Source: an uncultured Clostridia bacterium
Lineage (GTDB): Bacteria > Bacillota > Clostridia > Christensenellales > Borkfalkiaceae
Length of the DNA: 64,000 nt
NCBI GenBank assembly: GCA_947629485.1
Contig: CANRDX010000001.1
Location: forward strand, 6,663 to 70,662
Direction: 5' to 3'
A program made the position numbers and the translations under genes. Each line of letters starts with the position of its first letter. Position 1 is the first letter of the stretch. Below are positions 37,164-46,558 of this stretch, one piece after another. The notes under the pieces are model-generated. The model worked only from the letters and a program-made list of their open reading frames with translations, was not told the DNA's origin and made no database searches.

Positions 37164-38021
37164 ATGAAGGGTGTGGAGATCACCGTGGAGAGTTTGAGCG
37201 CGGCGCGCGCGGTGGAAAAGCTCTCGCGGGAGGGCGTCGCCGTGCTGTCGGCGCGAAGTCCCCGAAAAAATGTCGTGATACTCGCCGTCGCGGGGAAAGA
37301 TCGCCAAAAAGCCTTTGCAATTTTGCGCGGTTCATGCTATAATATAAAAAACGTGCGCGAGCGCGGCGTGTTGCGCCTGAAAAAACTTCTCTCCGCCTCC
37401 GCGGGGCTGATCGCGGGCGGGGCGCTCTTTTTCGCCGCCGTATGCTTTTTCGGAACGCGCGTTCTGCGCGTGGAAATTTCGGGGAGCGGCGCATACTATG
37501 AGCGGGAAGTCCGCGCCATTCTGAAAGAGGCGGGGGTGGACCGCTTTTCCGCATATCCTTCGGATACGGGGGCGCTCACCGCGCAGATCTTGGCTCTGCC
37601 GCGCGTGGAATTCTGCGCCTTCCGCATGGAAGGGGGCGTTCTCACGGTAGAGATACGGGCGGGCGAGGAGACGGAACGCCTGACGCCCGCACCCCTTCGC
37701 GTTCCCTCCGACGGGACGGTGGAGGAGATCGTCGCCGTCCGCGGCACGCCCCTCGTGAAAGAGGGCGACGCGGTGCGCGCAGGGCAGATCGCCGTCGGCG
37801 ACTACGCGCTGTTCGGCGAGACGAAACAACGTGTTGCCGTCATTGCCAAAGTCGTCGTCCGCGCGCCCGTTTCGAGGGAGTATGCCGCGGGGCGCGAAGA
37901 GGCGATCGCGCAGGCGCTGCTCGATTTCGGGGAGCTTTCCGAACTCGAAGCCGTCGCGACGCAGCGGGGATTTATGATCAAGGGGATCGCGCATTTTACG
38001 GCGGCTATCGGTCTCGAATGA
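37164..38021 (+). CDS. yqfD: Sporulation protein YqfD (short form)
   Basis: N-terminal domain MKGVEITVESLSAARAVEKLSREGVAVL, one TM, then a C-terminal beta-rich region. Synteny runs yqfC-yqfD-phoH. Confidence 0.7.
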   Translation: MKGVEITVESLSAARAVEKLSREGVAVLSARSPRKNVVILAVAGKDRQKAFAILRGSCYNIKNVRERGVLRLKKLLSASAGLIAGGALFFAAVCFFGTRVLRVEISGSGAYYEREVRAILKEAGVDRFSAYPSDTGALTAQILALPRVEFCAFRMEGGVLTVEIRAGEETERLTPAPLRVPSDGTVEEIVAVRGTPLVKEGDAVRAGQIAVGDYALFGETKQRVAVIAKVVVRAPVSREYAAGREEAIAQALLDFGELSELEAVATQRGFMIKGIAHFTAAIGLE

Positions 38022-38031
38022 GGAGGAAGAT

Positions 38032-39000
38032 TTGGTCACGGTGGATACGGGGGCGCTGGACAAGCTCCAAAAGGTGCTCGGCGTCTTTGACGAAAATATC
38101 AACACGATCGCGCGGGAGCTTCGGCTCACGGCGCACGTGGAGGGCACGAAGATCGTGCTCGAAGGCGAGGATGAGACGGCGCGCGTCGGCGCCGCCGTGA
38201 TCGAGAGCCTGCTCTGCATCGTGAGCGCGGGCGAGGAGATCGATAAAACGCGCCTTCTGTATTGCATCGAGCTTGCCCGCGAGGGGCATGCCTCGGATAT
38301 CGAGGGCGTGATGAAGGGCGTCGTCGCCGTCACTTCGCGCGGAAAACCCATCAAATGCAAGACGGTGGGGCAGAAGAATTATGTCGCCGCCGTAGAAAAG
38401 AACACGATCACCTTCGGCGTGGGGCCTGCGGGCACGGGCAAGACCTACCTTGCCGTCTGCCTCGCGGTGGCCGCATACAAGGGCAAGGAGGTGGAGAAGA
38501 TCATTCTCACCCGCCCCGCGGTGGAGGCGGGGGAAAAGCTCGGCTTTCTCCCCGGCGATCTGCAAACGAAGGTGGATCCCTATCTTCGCCCGCTCTACGA
38601 CGCATTGCAAGAGCTGTTCGGGCTTGAAACCTACCAAAAACTCATGGAGAAAGGGGTGATCGAGGTCGCGCCGCTCGCCTACATGCGCGGGAGAACGCTC
38701 TCCGACGCCTTCGTCATTCTCGACGAGGCGCAGAACGCCACGCGCGAACAGATGAAGATGTTTCTGACCCGTCTCGGGGAGGGGAGCAAGATGGTCGTCA
38801 CGGGCGATCTCACGCAGACCGATCTTCCCGACGGGAAGACGAGCGGTCTCAAACACGCCGTGAAGATCCTCGACGGCGTGGAGGAGATCGCGGTATGCAA
38901 ACTCTCGGAAAAAGACGTCGTGCGGCACCCGCTCGTCTCGCGGATCGTGCGGGCATACGAGCACGACGAGAATAAACGCAAGAAAGGGGAGAAGAAATGA
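38032..39000 (+). CDS. phoH: PhoH-family ATPase
   Basis: Walker A GPAGTGKTYLAV and DEAQN motif. TTG start with AGGAGG 5 nt upstream. Confidence 0.9.
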   Translation: MVTVDTGALDKLQKVLGVFDENINTIARELRLTAHVEGTKIVLEGEDETARVGAAVIESLLCIVSAGEEIDKTRLLYCIELAREGHASDIEGVMKGVVAVTSRGKPIKCKTVGQKNYVAAVEKNTITFGVGPAGTGKTYLAVCLAVAAYKGKEVEKIILTRPAVEAGEKLGFLPGDLQTKVDPYLRPLYDALQELFGLETYQKLMEKGVIEVAPLAYMRGRTLSDAFVILDEAQNATREQMKMFLTRLGEGSKMVVTGDLTQTDLPDGKTSGLKHAVKILDGVEEIAVCKLSEKDVVRHPLVSRIVRAYEHDENKRKKGEKK

Positions 39001-40490
39001 ACAGCGCCACGCTTTACGAAAGAAAAAGTCAGGATAAGCGCCGCCTGATCGCAAGCGGAGCCATGTTCGCCGCCTGCTATCTCATGGTGATCGTCATCGT
39101 CTTTCTGATGCTCGTCATCAACGATCCCGCAGGGTGGAAGACATATATTGTACAGCACTATTCCGAAGTCCTCTCCATGATCGTGAGTATTTTCTTCCTC
39201 TTCGGGATCGGCTTCTTTTATTTCTATTTCGAGGATCGGCAGTTCCTGTATCGGTCCGCCAACGTCGCGCTGTATTTTTCCATCGTGCTCCTTTCCGCCG
39301 TCGTCTGCTATGTCTTCGGGCGGTTCGTGAGCATCTATGCCCGCCCCTACGCCATGTTTGCGATCCTGTGCATGTTCCTGCTCAACCGCAGGCAGGCGCT
39401 CTTCCTCAACTTTATTTTCGTCTTTCTGATGTTCTCCATCGACTTGTTCGGGAACGGGTTCTCGGGCGGCGTCGATCTCGAAGTCTATTCCACCCTCCTG
39501 CTCGGATTTGTGAGCGGGACGTTTGCGGTGTTCCTCTCCAACCGCGTGCGCACCCGCGCCGAACTTCTCTTGGTCGGGATCATTCTTTCGGTGCCGACGG
39601 TGCTCATCATCTTCTTCTTCCAGATTCCGAACGCGCGCTACGATTGGATCGACTACGTGTCGTCGGCGGGCTTCCAGATCCTCGGCTGCGTCGTCTCCTC
39701 CATTCTCGCGCTCTCCCTCATGCCCGTCTTCGAGGTGCTGTTCAACAGGCTCACATCCTTCCGTCTGCGCGAGCTTACGAGCACGGGCGCGCCCATTCTC
39801 AAACGGCTGCAAAGCGAAGCGCCGGGCACGTTCAACCATTCGCTGATCGTCGCCCAGCTCGCCGAATCGTGCGCGGTCGCGATCGGGGAGAATGCCGAGC
39901 TTGCGAGGGCGGCGGCGTACTATCACGACGTCGGAAAGCTGAAACAGCCCGATTGCTTCACCGAGAATCAGACGGGCTACAACCTGCACGACGAGATCAC
40001 GCCCGAGCTTTCGGCGGATATCATCCGCTCGCACACGAGGGACGGCTACGATCTTCTCATTCAGAACCATATGCCGAAGGTGATCGCAGACGTCGCTCTT
40101 CAACATCACGGCACGCAGCCCATCAAATATTTCTACGATAAAGCCATGCGCTTTTCGGGCGACGCCGATATCAAGGATTTCTCCTATCTCGGACCCATTC
40201 CGCAGACCAAGATCGCCGCGATCATCATGGTATCCGACGCGGCGGAAGCGGCGACGCGCGCCAGCTCGGACCGCTCGCCCGCCCATGTGGAGGAGGTGTG
40301 CCGCAGTATCATCGAGGAGCGCATGGATCTCGGGCAGTTCGACGAGTGCGATATCACCATGCGCGAGCTGACGACCATCAAACAGACGCTGGTGGAGGCG
40401 CTTTCGGGCATCCATCACCACAGAGTGGAATATCCCTCGATCCGCTTCAACCGCGACCGTCAGGCGGTCTCGGAGGACGAGCATGAGTAA
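38997..40490 (+). CDS. 7TM-HD (HDIG) membrane phosphohydrolase, PgpH/YqfF-like but without the N-terminal ectodomain
   Basis: 497 aa. A multi-TM block followed by an HD domain (FNHSLIVAQLAE..AAYYHDVGK..HHG). ATGA overlap with phoH. Confidence 0.8.
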   Translation: MNSATLYERKSQDKRRLIASGAMFAACYLMVIVIVFLMLVINDPAGWKTYIVQHYSEVLSMIVSIFFLFGIGFFYFYFEDRQFLYRSANVALYFSIVLLSAVVCYVFGRFVSIYARPYAMFAILCMFLLNRRQALFLNFIFVFLMFSIDLFGNGFSGGVDLEVYSTLLLGFVSGTFAVFLSNRVRTRAELLLVGIILSVPTVLIIFFFQIPNARYDWIDYVSSAGFQILGCVVSSILALSLMPVFEVLFNRLTSFRLRELTSTGAPILKRLQSEAPGTFNHSLIVAQLAESCAVAIGENAELARAAAYYHDVGKLKQPDCFTENQTGYNLHDEITPELSADIIRSHTRDGYDLLIQNHMPKVIADVALQHHGTQPIKYFYDKAMRFSGDADIKDFSYLGPIPQTKIAAIIMVSDAAEAATRASSDRSPAHVEEVCRSIIEERMDLGQFDECDITMRELTTIKQTLVEALSGIHHHRVEYPSIRFNRDRQAVSEDEHE

Positions 40491-40980
40491 GGTCGCGATC
40501 GACTGCGAAGCGCTCGGCGAAAGGGAGCGCGCCGCGCTGGAAGGCACGCTTTCGGCGGCGGTGAAGGCGGATATCCCGCTTGTTTTGGAGCTTTTGTTCG
40601 TCTCCGAAGAGGAGATCCGCGCGCTCAACGCGCGGGAGCGCGGCGTAGACAGCGTGACCGACGTTTTGAGCTTCCCCGCGGCGGAATTGGAGCCGGGCAG
40701 CCCCATTTCTTCGGCGGATCACGAAGAATGCGTGGAGATGCCCCCGGAGGGCGGCGAAGGGGAGCCGAGAATGTATCTCGGGAGCGTCGCGATCTGCACG
40801 GCGCGGGCGCAGGCGCAGGCGGAGGAATACGGACATTCGTATGCGCGCGAGGTGTGCTATCTCGCCGTGCACGGATTTTTGCACTGCCTCGGCTACGACC
40901 ACGAGCGGGAGGATATGAAGCGCGTCATGCGCGCGAAAGAGGAGGAGCTCATGGCAACGCTTGGGCTGACAAGAGAATGA
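40483..40980 (+). CDS. ybeY: rRNA maturation endoribonuclease YbeY
   Basis: HGFLHCLGYDH zinc motif. Overlaps the previous gene by 8 nt. Confidence 0.93.
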   Translation: MSKVAIDCEALGERERAALEGTLSAAVKADIPLVLELLFVSEEEIRALNARERGVDSVTDVLSFPAAELEPGSPISSADHEECVEMPPEGGEGEPRMYLGSVAICTARAQAQAEEYGHSYAREVCYLAVHGFLHCLGYDHEREDMKRVMRAKEEELMATLGLTRE

Positions 40981-41864
40981 AGAGCGGAACGGTCGCCGTC
41001 ATCGGGAAGGCGAACGCGGGCAAGAGCACCCTCGTGAACGTGCTCGTCGGGGAGAAGGTCGCGATCGTCTCCCCCAAGCCCCAGACCACGCGCGATCGCA
41101 TTTTAGGCGTTCTCACGCGGGAACAGTATCAGATCGTCTTTGTGGATACGCCCGGGATCTACCGCCGCAAAGGGGGGCTGACCGACCGCATGATGCGCAC
41201 GACGGAGGCGACCGCAAAGGACGTCGATCTCATCCTCTTCGTCCACGACGGGCACGCGGGGATCGGGGAGGACGACATCGAATTGATGCTCCGCTACGCG
41301 CATTCGGGCATACCCATGCTCGTGGCTTACACCAAGATCGACATCATGCCCAAAGAACGCATCCCCGAGGACTTAAAAACGCTCTACGAGGGGGGCGTGA
41401 CGGCGGACGTGTACCCCGTGTCCGCGAGGAAGGGGCAGAATTTGAAGCGGTTGGAGCAGGGCGTCGCCGCCCTCCTGCCCGAGGGAGAGCCGCTCTTTCC
41501 CGAGGATATCGTCTCCGACCGCAGCGAAAAATTCATGGTCGCGGAACTGATGCGCGAGAAGATCCTCTTAAAATACGAGAAGGAGATCCCGCACGGGGTG
41601 GCGATCGTCGTCAACACCTTCGCGCGGCGCGAAAACGGGACGTACGACGTCGATCTCGACATCGTTTGCGAAAAGAAGAACCACAAGGCGATCCTCATCG
41701 GAAAGCGGGGGGCGGCGCTCAAAGAGACGGCTTCCTTCGCGCGGCAGGATATGGAAAAATTTTTGGGCGCGAAGGTCTTTCTCACGGTGTATGTGAAGGT
41801 CCGCGAGGATTGGCGGGACAGCCCCGCCCTTCTCAAAGAATTCGGCTACGGCGAAGAGACATAG
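40977..41864 (+). CDS. era: GTPase Era
   Basis: G1 GKANAGKSTLVN, G3 DTPG, G4 TKID and a C-terminal KH domain. ATGA overlap with ybeY. The long upstream extension in the ORF track is rejected. Confidence 0.95.
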   Translation: MKSGTVAVIGKANAGKSTLVNVLVGEKVAIVSPKPQTTRDRILGVLTREQYQIVFVDTPGIYRRKGGLTDRMMRTTEATAKDVDLILFVHDGHAGIGEDDIELMLRYAHSGIPMLVAYTKIDIMPKERIPEDLKTLYEGGVTADVYPVSARKGQNLKRLEQGVAALLPEGEPLFPEDIVSDRSEKFMVAELMREKILLKYEKEIPHGVAIVVNTFARRENGTYDVDLDIVCEKKNHKAILIGKRGAALKETASFARQDMEKFLGAKVFLTVYVKVREDWRDSPALLKEFGYGEET

Positions 41865-41901
41865 GGCGCATAACTTTTCCGCGTTCCCGCATACTGCGGG
41901 T

Positions 41902-42009
41902 ATGAAAGACGAGGAAAAGAAGCCCAAGAACGCGAAACAGCTCGCATGGGATCTCTTTGAACAGACGGGAAATTTCAGCTATTACATGCTGTATAAGCGC
42001 TTGAAATGA
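41902..42009 (+). CDS. yqzL: YqzL-family small protein
   Basis: 35-codon ORF absent from the track: MKDEEKKPKNAKQLAWDLFEQTGNFSYYMLYKRLK. It carries the W..F..TG....Y..Y signature and sits in the conserved era-yqzL-recO position. Confidence 0.75.
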   Translation: MKDEEKKPKNAKQLAWDLFEQTGNFSYYMLYKRLK

Positions 42010-42047
42010 GCCGCGCATCCCTTTCGGCGGGCGCGGCGGGAGAGGGA

Positions 42048-42773
42048 ATGGAATTCAAGGCGGACGCGCTTCTACTCCGCGCGGTCGATTACGGCGAAAA
42101 CGACAAGATGGCGACGCTCCTTACCGCCGAACGCGGCAAGATCGGCGCGGCGCTCAAAGGGGTGCGCAAGGCGGGCGCGAAACTGCGCTTCGCCGCACAG
42201 CCCTTTTGTTTTGCCGAATACGTGTTCGCAGAACGGGGCGGGCGTTTCACGGTCACGCAGGCCTCCTTGCACGACGGATTCTACGATATCCGCACCGATC
42301 TTGCGGCATACTATGCCGCCGCGAGCGTGACGGAGATGTGCGGAACGATCTCCTTCGAGGGGATGCCGTGCGGCGCGCTCCTCGTATGCGCGGTGGAGGC
42401 GTTGGAGGCGCTGGACGCAGACCAAAGCGCGCCCGAACGCCCGCTTTTGAAGTTTTTGTTGGAGGCGGCGGCGCTCGCGGGCTACCCCGTCTCGGCGGGA
42501 GATTGCCCGGGCTGCGGCAAAAAGATCGCGGGAAGAAGATTTTTCGATATGACGGCGGGCGCCTTCAACTGCGCGGACTGCGCGCAAGGAGTCCCCGCGA
42601 GCGCCTCCACCTACGAGGCGATCCGCGCCTTTCTCACGAAGGGGGAACTTCCCCCCGAACGGGAGGGATATATCCGCGCCGTCAGGCTCCTCAAAGCCTA
42701 TCTTACTTATCATACGGAAGCGGAGCTGCCCGCGCTCGGCGAATTTTTACGCCTTTCTCCCTTGAAAATATAA
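42048..42773 (+). CDS. recO: DNA repair protein RecO
   Basis: The N-terminal OB region (ADALLLRAVDYGENDKMATLLT) and the zinc site CPGCG..CADC are both present. Confidence 0.88.
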   Translation: MEFKADALLLRAVDYGENDKMATLLTAERGKIGAALKGVRKAGAKLRFAAQPFCFAEYVFAERGGRFTVTQASLHDGFYDIRTDLAAYYAAASVTEMCGTISFEGMPCGALLVCAVEALEALDADQSAPERPLLKFLLEAAALAGYPVSAGDCPGCGKKIAGRRFFDMTAGAFNCADCAQGVPASASTYEAIRAFLTKGELPPEREGYIRAVRLLKAYLTYHTEAELPALGEFLRLSPLKI

Positions 42774-42801
42774 AAAAATTGCAATTCTCTTTCAAAAACG
42801 A

Positions 42802-42831
42802 TTGACAACGCCCCCGCCGCTGTGGTAAACT
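42802..42831 (+). promoter_or_regulatory. Sigma-A-type promoter for rpmG-secE-nusG
   Basis: TTGACA, 18-nt spacer, TAAACT. Confidence 0.5.
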
Positions 42832-42880
42832 CAACTTACGCACCGAGGGGTGTAATTTTTTTGTATGGAGTTTTCACGCA

Positions 42881-43045
42881 ATGGCTGTCAAATCTACGAG
42901 ACTGAAAGTCACGTTCGAGTGTACCGAGTGCAAGAACAGGAACTACGATAGCTTCAAGAACAAGCGGAACGATCCCGACCGTCTCGAACTCAAAAAATAC
43001 TGTCCCGTCTGCAAGAAGCACACCGTCCACAAGGAATCCAAGTAA
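42881..43045 (+). CDS. rpmG: 50S ribosomal protein L33
   Basis: 54-codon ORF absent from the track: [54 protein letters not shown]. It has the CxxC..CxxC zinc ribbon and the canonical position before secE. Confidence 0.93.
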   Translation: MAVKSTRLKVTFECTECKNRNYDSFKNKRNDPDRLELKKYCPVCKKHTVHKESK

Positions 43046-43072
43046 GGCGCCGACGCGCATCGGAGAAAAGAT

Positions 43073-43345
43073 ATGGCAAAGTCCAACGAAAAAGACGTCG
43101 CCGTCAAGGACGGAAAAAAGCCCAAGACGGATAAGAACAAGAAGCCGAATATTTTCGTGCGCATGGGCAGAAGGCTCAAAGAGACCTTTTCCGAGCTGAA
43201 ACGGGTGACATGGCCCACGCTCCCCAAAGCGCTCAAAGCGACGGGCGTCGTGCTCGTCGTCGTGCTCGTCTTTACGGTGATCGTCACCGGCGTGAACGTC
43301 GGTTTTTCCAAGCTCTTGGAGCTTCTCACCGGGATAGGGGGATAA
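43073..43345 (+). CDS. secE: Preprotein translocase subunit SecE
   Basis: ELKRVTWPT motif followed by a single TM. Confidence 0.9.
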   Translation: MAKSNEKDVAVKDGKKPKTDKNKKPNIFVRMGRRLKETFSELKRVTWPTLPKALKATGVVLVVVLVFTVIVTGVNVGFSKLLELLTGIGG

Positions 43346-43348
43346 GCG

Positions 43349-43918
43349 ATGATACCCGTTACCGACACCGAGCCGAAGTGGTATATTCTCCACACCTACT
43401 CGGGATATGAGGCTATGGTGAAGGAGAGCCTTTTCAGGCTCATCGAAAACAATAACCTGAGCGATCAGATCGTCGATGTGAAGATCCCCACGGAGCAGAC
43501 CATCGAGGAGAAGGCGAACGGCAAGAAAAAGGTCGTGGAGCGCAAGCTCCTGCCTTGCTACGTCTTTATCAAGATGATCTATTCCAACCAGCTCTGGTAT
43601 CTCGTCACCAACACGCGCGGCGTCACGGGGTTTGTCGGTCCGCAGGGCCGTCCCATTCCCATGAAGGAAGAGGAGATCCGCAAGATGCGCCTCGAAGACT
43701 ACGTCGTAGACGCGGACTTCAAGATCGGCGACAGGGTTTCCATCGACAACGGGCCGTTGGAGGGCTTTATCGGCACGCTGAAAGAAGTCAACGACGAGAC
43801 GCAGCGCGCAAAAGTCACCATTGTGATGTTCGGGCGCGAGCAAGACGTCGAGGTGGAATACGTCCAGATGACGAAGATCGCCGCCGACGCCGTCGAGATC
43901 CCTCGCGACGAAGAATAA
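43349..43918 (+). CDS. nusG: Transcription termination/antitermination factor NusG
   Basis: NGN domain (WYILHTYSGYE) and KOW motif (FKIGDRVSIDNGPLEGFIGTL). Confidence 0.95.
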   Translation: MIPVTDTEPKWYILHTYSGYEAMVKESLFRLIENNNLSDQIVDVKIPTEQTIEEKANGKKKVVERKLLPCYVFIKMIYSNQLWYLVTNTRGVTGFVGPQGRPIPMKEEEIRKMRLEDYVVDADFKIGDRVSIDNGPLEGFIGTLKEVNDETQRAKVTIVMFGREQDVEVEYVQMTKIAADAVEIPRDEE

Positions 43919-44135
43919 ATTCCATGCGCAAGGAGGGTTTCCCTCCGCAAGCGCGCCTCAATTTGCACATTCATGTGCTTCCTGTCCGATGGAACGAACG
44001 AGAGGACGGCACTCATTGAGGCAGTAAAACAGGTTTCCTCGACGAAAATATTGTTTGCAAGATTTTCGTCGAAAAGGGTGGGAGACGGCAAATCTTTCTG
44101 CCGTCACGAATACCACAGAATAGGAGAAAGCGAAC

Positions 44136-44561
44136 ATGGCAAAGAAAGTTACCGCAGTCGTCAAGCTGCAACTTCCCGCCGGAAAAGCGACGCCCGGGCC
44201 GCCCGTCGGTTCGACGCTCGGTCCCCACGGCGTGAACATTCCGGGATTCACGAAGGAATTCAACGCGAAGACGGCGCATCAGGAAGGTCTCATTATTCCC
44301 GTCGTCATGACGATCTATCAGGATCGTTCCTTCACCTTTGTGCTCAAAACGCCGCCCGCACCCGTCCTCATCAAGAAGGCGCTCGGGCTGGAAACGGCTT
44401 CCTCGACCCCCAATAAGGTCAAGGTGGGCAAGCTCACGAAGGCGCAGGTCGAGGAGATCGCAAAGACGAAGATGCCCGATCTCAACTGCTCCACGCTCGA
44501 AAGCGCAATGAGCATGATCAAGGGCACCGCCCGCAGTATGGGCATCACGGTCGAGGAGTAA
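44136..44561 (+). CDS. rplK: 50S ribosomal protein L11
   Basis: [26 protein letters not shown]. Confidence 0.97.
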   Translation: MAKKVTAVVKLQLPAGKATPGPPVGSTLGPHGVNIPGFTKEFNAKTAHQEGLIIPVVMTIYQDRSFTFVLKTPPAPVLIKKALGLETASSTPNKVKVGKLTKAQVEEIAKTKMPDLNCSTLESAMSMIKGTARSMGITVEE

Positions 44562-44574
44562 GGAGGTACGCGCG

Positions 44575-45264
44575 ATGAAATACGGTAAAAAATACGCGGA
44601 AAGTCTCAAATCCTACGACCGCACGAAGGCTTACGACGCGACCGAGGCGATGAACGTCGTGCTCGGGAACGCAAAGGCGAAGTTCGATGAAACGGTGGAA
44701 CTTCACGTTCGTCTCGGCATCGACCCGAGGCAGGCGGATCAGCAGGTCCGCGGCGTGCTCGTTCTTCCCAACGGCACGGGCAAGACCAAGAAGGTGCTCG
44801 TCATCGCCAAAGGCGAGAGAGCGGACGCGGCGCAGGCTGCGGGCGCGGATTTCGTCGGGGCGGAGGAGATGATCCAGAAGATCCAGACGGAGAACTGGTT
44901 CGGCTTCGACGTGATGATCACCACGCCCGACATGATGGGCGTCGTGGGACGTATCGGCCGTATCCTCGGACCCAAAGGCCTCATGCCCAACCCCAAGTCG
45001 GGCACGGTCACGATGGACGTCGCCAAAGCGGTCGCCGAAGTCAAAGCAGGTAAGGTGGAGTACCGTCTCGATAAGACGGCCATCATCCACTGCCCCATCG
45101 GGAAGAAGAGCTTCGGCACCGAGAAGCTGATGGAGAACTTCACGGCGCTCATGGACGCCATCATCAAGGCGAAGCCCGCCGCCGCGAAAGGGCAGTACGT
45201 CAAGAGCGTGACGCTCACTTCGACGATGGGCCCCGGCGTGAAGGTCGCCTACACGAGAGGGTAA
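44575..45264 (+). CDS. rplA: 50S ribosomal protein L1
   Basis: [24 protein letters not shown]. Confidence 0.97.
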   Translation: MKYGKKYAESLKSYDRTKAYDATEAMNVVLGNAKAKFDETVELHVRLGIDPRQADQQVRGVLVLPNGTGKTKKVLVIAKGERADAAQAAGADFVGAEEMIQKIQTENWFGFDVMITTPDMMGVVGRIGRILGPKGLMPNPKSGTVTMDVAKAVAEVKAGKVEYRLDKTAIIHCPIGKKSFGTEKLMENFTALMDAIIKAKPAAAKGQYVKSVTLTSTMGPGVKVAYTRG

Positions 45265-45282
45265 AAAACCTTCGCAAATCGC

Positions 45283-45311
45283 TTGACGGCGGTTTGCGGA
45301 TATGGTACAAT
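45283..45311 (+). promoter_or_regulatory. Sigma-A promoter for rplJL
   Basis: TTGACG, 17-nt spacer, TACAAT. Confidence 0.65.
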
Positions 45312-45317
45312 GAAAAC

Positions 45318-45482
45318 GCTCGACGGATCTTTCCCTCGGGCAAGGCCGCAGACAACGGGTGCCGCTCCGCAGGGAGCGCTCAATATCCCGTCGAGGTCAA
45401 CTTCTAAATCTTGTTTTAGAGTTGCTCCGTACTGTCTGCGTACGGAGCTTTATTTCGGCGTGAAAACGCCATAGGAGGTAAT
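45318..45482 (+). promoter_or_regulatory. Ribosomal protein L10 leader (candidate autoregulatory attenuator)
   Basis: A structured leader of about 165 nt in the canonical position. It ends in the hairpin gctccgtac/gtacggagc (45424-45448) plus tttattt, just before the rplJ RBS. Confidence 0.6.
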
Positions 45483-45980
45483 ATGTCGGCAAATTTGGAA
45501 GCGAAGAAAGTTGTCGTCGAAGAGATCAAGGCAAAGATCTCAGCGTCGAAAGCCGTCGTGCTTACGCACTATGAGAGGCTCACCGTCGCCGAAGTCACCG
45601 ATCTCCGCAACAAGTTCAGAGAGGCTTCTTGCGAATACAAGGTGTATAAAAACACCCTTGTTCGGAAGGCGTTCGACGAGCTTGGCGTTACGGCATTCGA
45701 CAACGACTTAAACGGCGCGACGGCGTTCGTGTTCTGCCCCGATGAGACGAGCGGCTGCTCGATCATCGCGAAGGCGGTCAAGGAAAAGCCCGTTCTCGCA
45801 GACAAGGTCGTCCCCAAGAGCGCATATGTCGGCGGCGCTTATGTGGACGCGGAAGGTGTGAAAAAACTCGCGGCGATCCCTTCGAGAGAAGTGCTCATCG
45901 CAAAGATGCTCGGCTGCTTGCAGGCGCCCATCGCGAATCTTGCGTTTGTTTTGAAGGCAATCGCAGACCAAAAATCATAA
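45483..45980 (+). CDS. rplJ: 50S ribosomal protein L10
   Basis: Typical L10 N-terminus, with ATAGGAGG RBS. Confidence 0.95.
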   Translation: MSANLEAKKVVVEEIKAKISASKAVVLTHYERLTVAEVTDLRNKFREASCEYKVYKNTLVRKAFDELGVTAFDNDLNGATAFVFCPDETSGCSIIAKAVKEKPVLADKVVPKSAYVGGAYVDAEGVKKLAAIPSREVLIAKMLGCLQAPIANLAFVLKAIADQKS

Positions 45981-46001
45981 AAAAATCGGAGGATACCAAA
46001 A

Positions 46002-46376
46002 ATGGATGTTCAGAAGTTTATCGAAGAAGTGAAGGCGATGACGGTCGTCGAGCTCAACGATTTCGTGAAGGCGCTCGAAGAGGAATTCGGCGTTTCCGCA
46101 GCGGCGGCGGTCGCAGTCGGCGGCGGCGCGGGCGCAGCGGCAGAGGCAGCTCCTCAGGAAGAGGAAAAGACGGAGTTCGATATCGTCCTCAAAGATTTCG
46201 GCGCAAACAAGATCGCCGTCATCAAGGCGGTGCGCGAATTCACCGGTCTCGGGCTTGCCGACGCGAAGAAGGCAGTCGAGAGCCTCGGCGTTCTCAAAGA
46301 AGCCGTTCCGAAGGCGGATGCGGAAGCCGCGCTTGCCAAGCTCAAAGAAGCGGGCGCTGTCGCAGAGCTTAAATAA
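46002..46376 (+). CDS. rplL: 50S ribosomal protein L7/L12
   Basis: [24 protein letters not shown]. Confidence 0.97.
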   Translation: MDVQKFIEEVKAMTVVELNDFVKALEEEFGVSAAAAVAVGGGAGAAAEAAPQEEEKTEFDIVLKDFGANKIAVIKAVREFTGLGLADAKKAVESLGVLKEAVPKADAEAALAKLKEAGAVAELK

Positions 46377-46387
46377 GGAAAAAAACA

Positions 46388-46419
46388 ACGCCCCGCCTCA
46401 AAACGAGCGGGGCGTTTTT
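46388..46419 (+). terminator. Intrinsic terminator after rplL
   Basis: Stem acgccccgc/gcggggcgt, then ttttt. Confidence 0.85.
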
Positions 46420-46495
46420 CCATGCCGAAAAAGGCGGTTCGGGGCATAAAAGAGGGGCGCTTTTGCAATTTTCACGCTGAAATCACCGAAAGCGC

Positions 46496-46524
46496 TTGAC
46501 GTATCGGGAAAATACGGGTAAAAT
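46496..46524 (+). promoter_or_regulatory. Consensus sigma-A promoter
   Basis: TTGACG, 17-nt spacer, TAAAAT. Confidence 0.65.
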
Positions 46525-46558
46525 AGAACCGTATAGAAAGTTGGTATAGGAGATAGCT

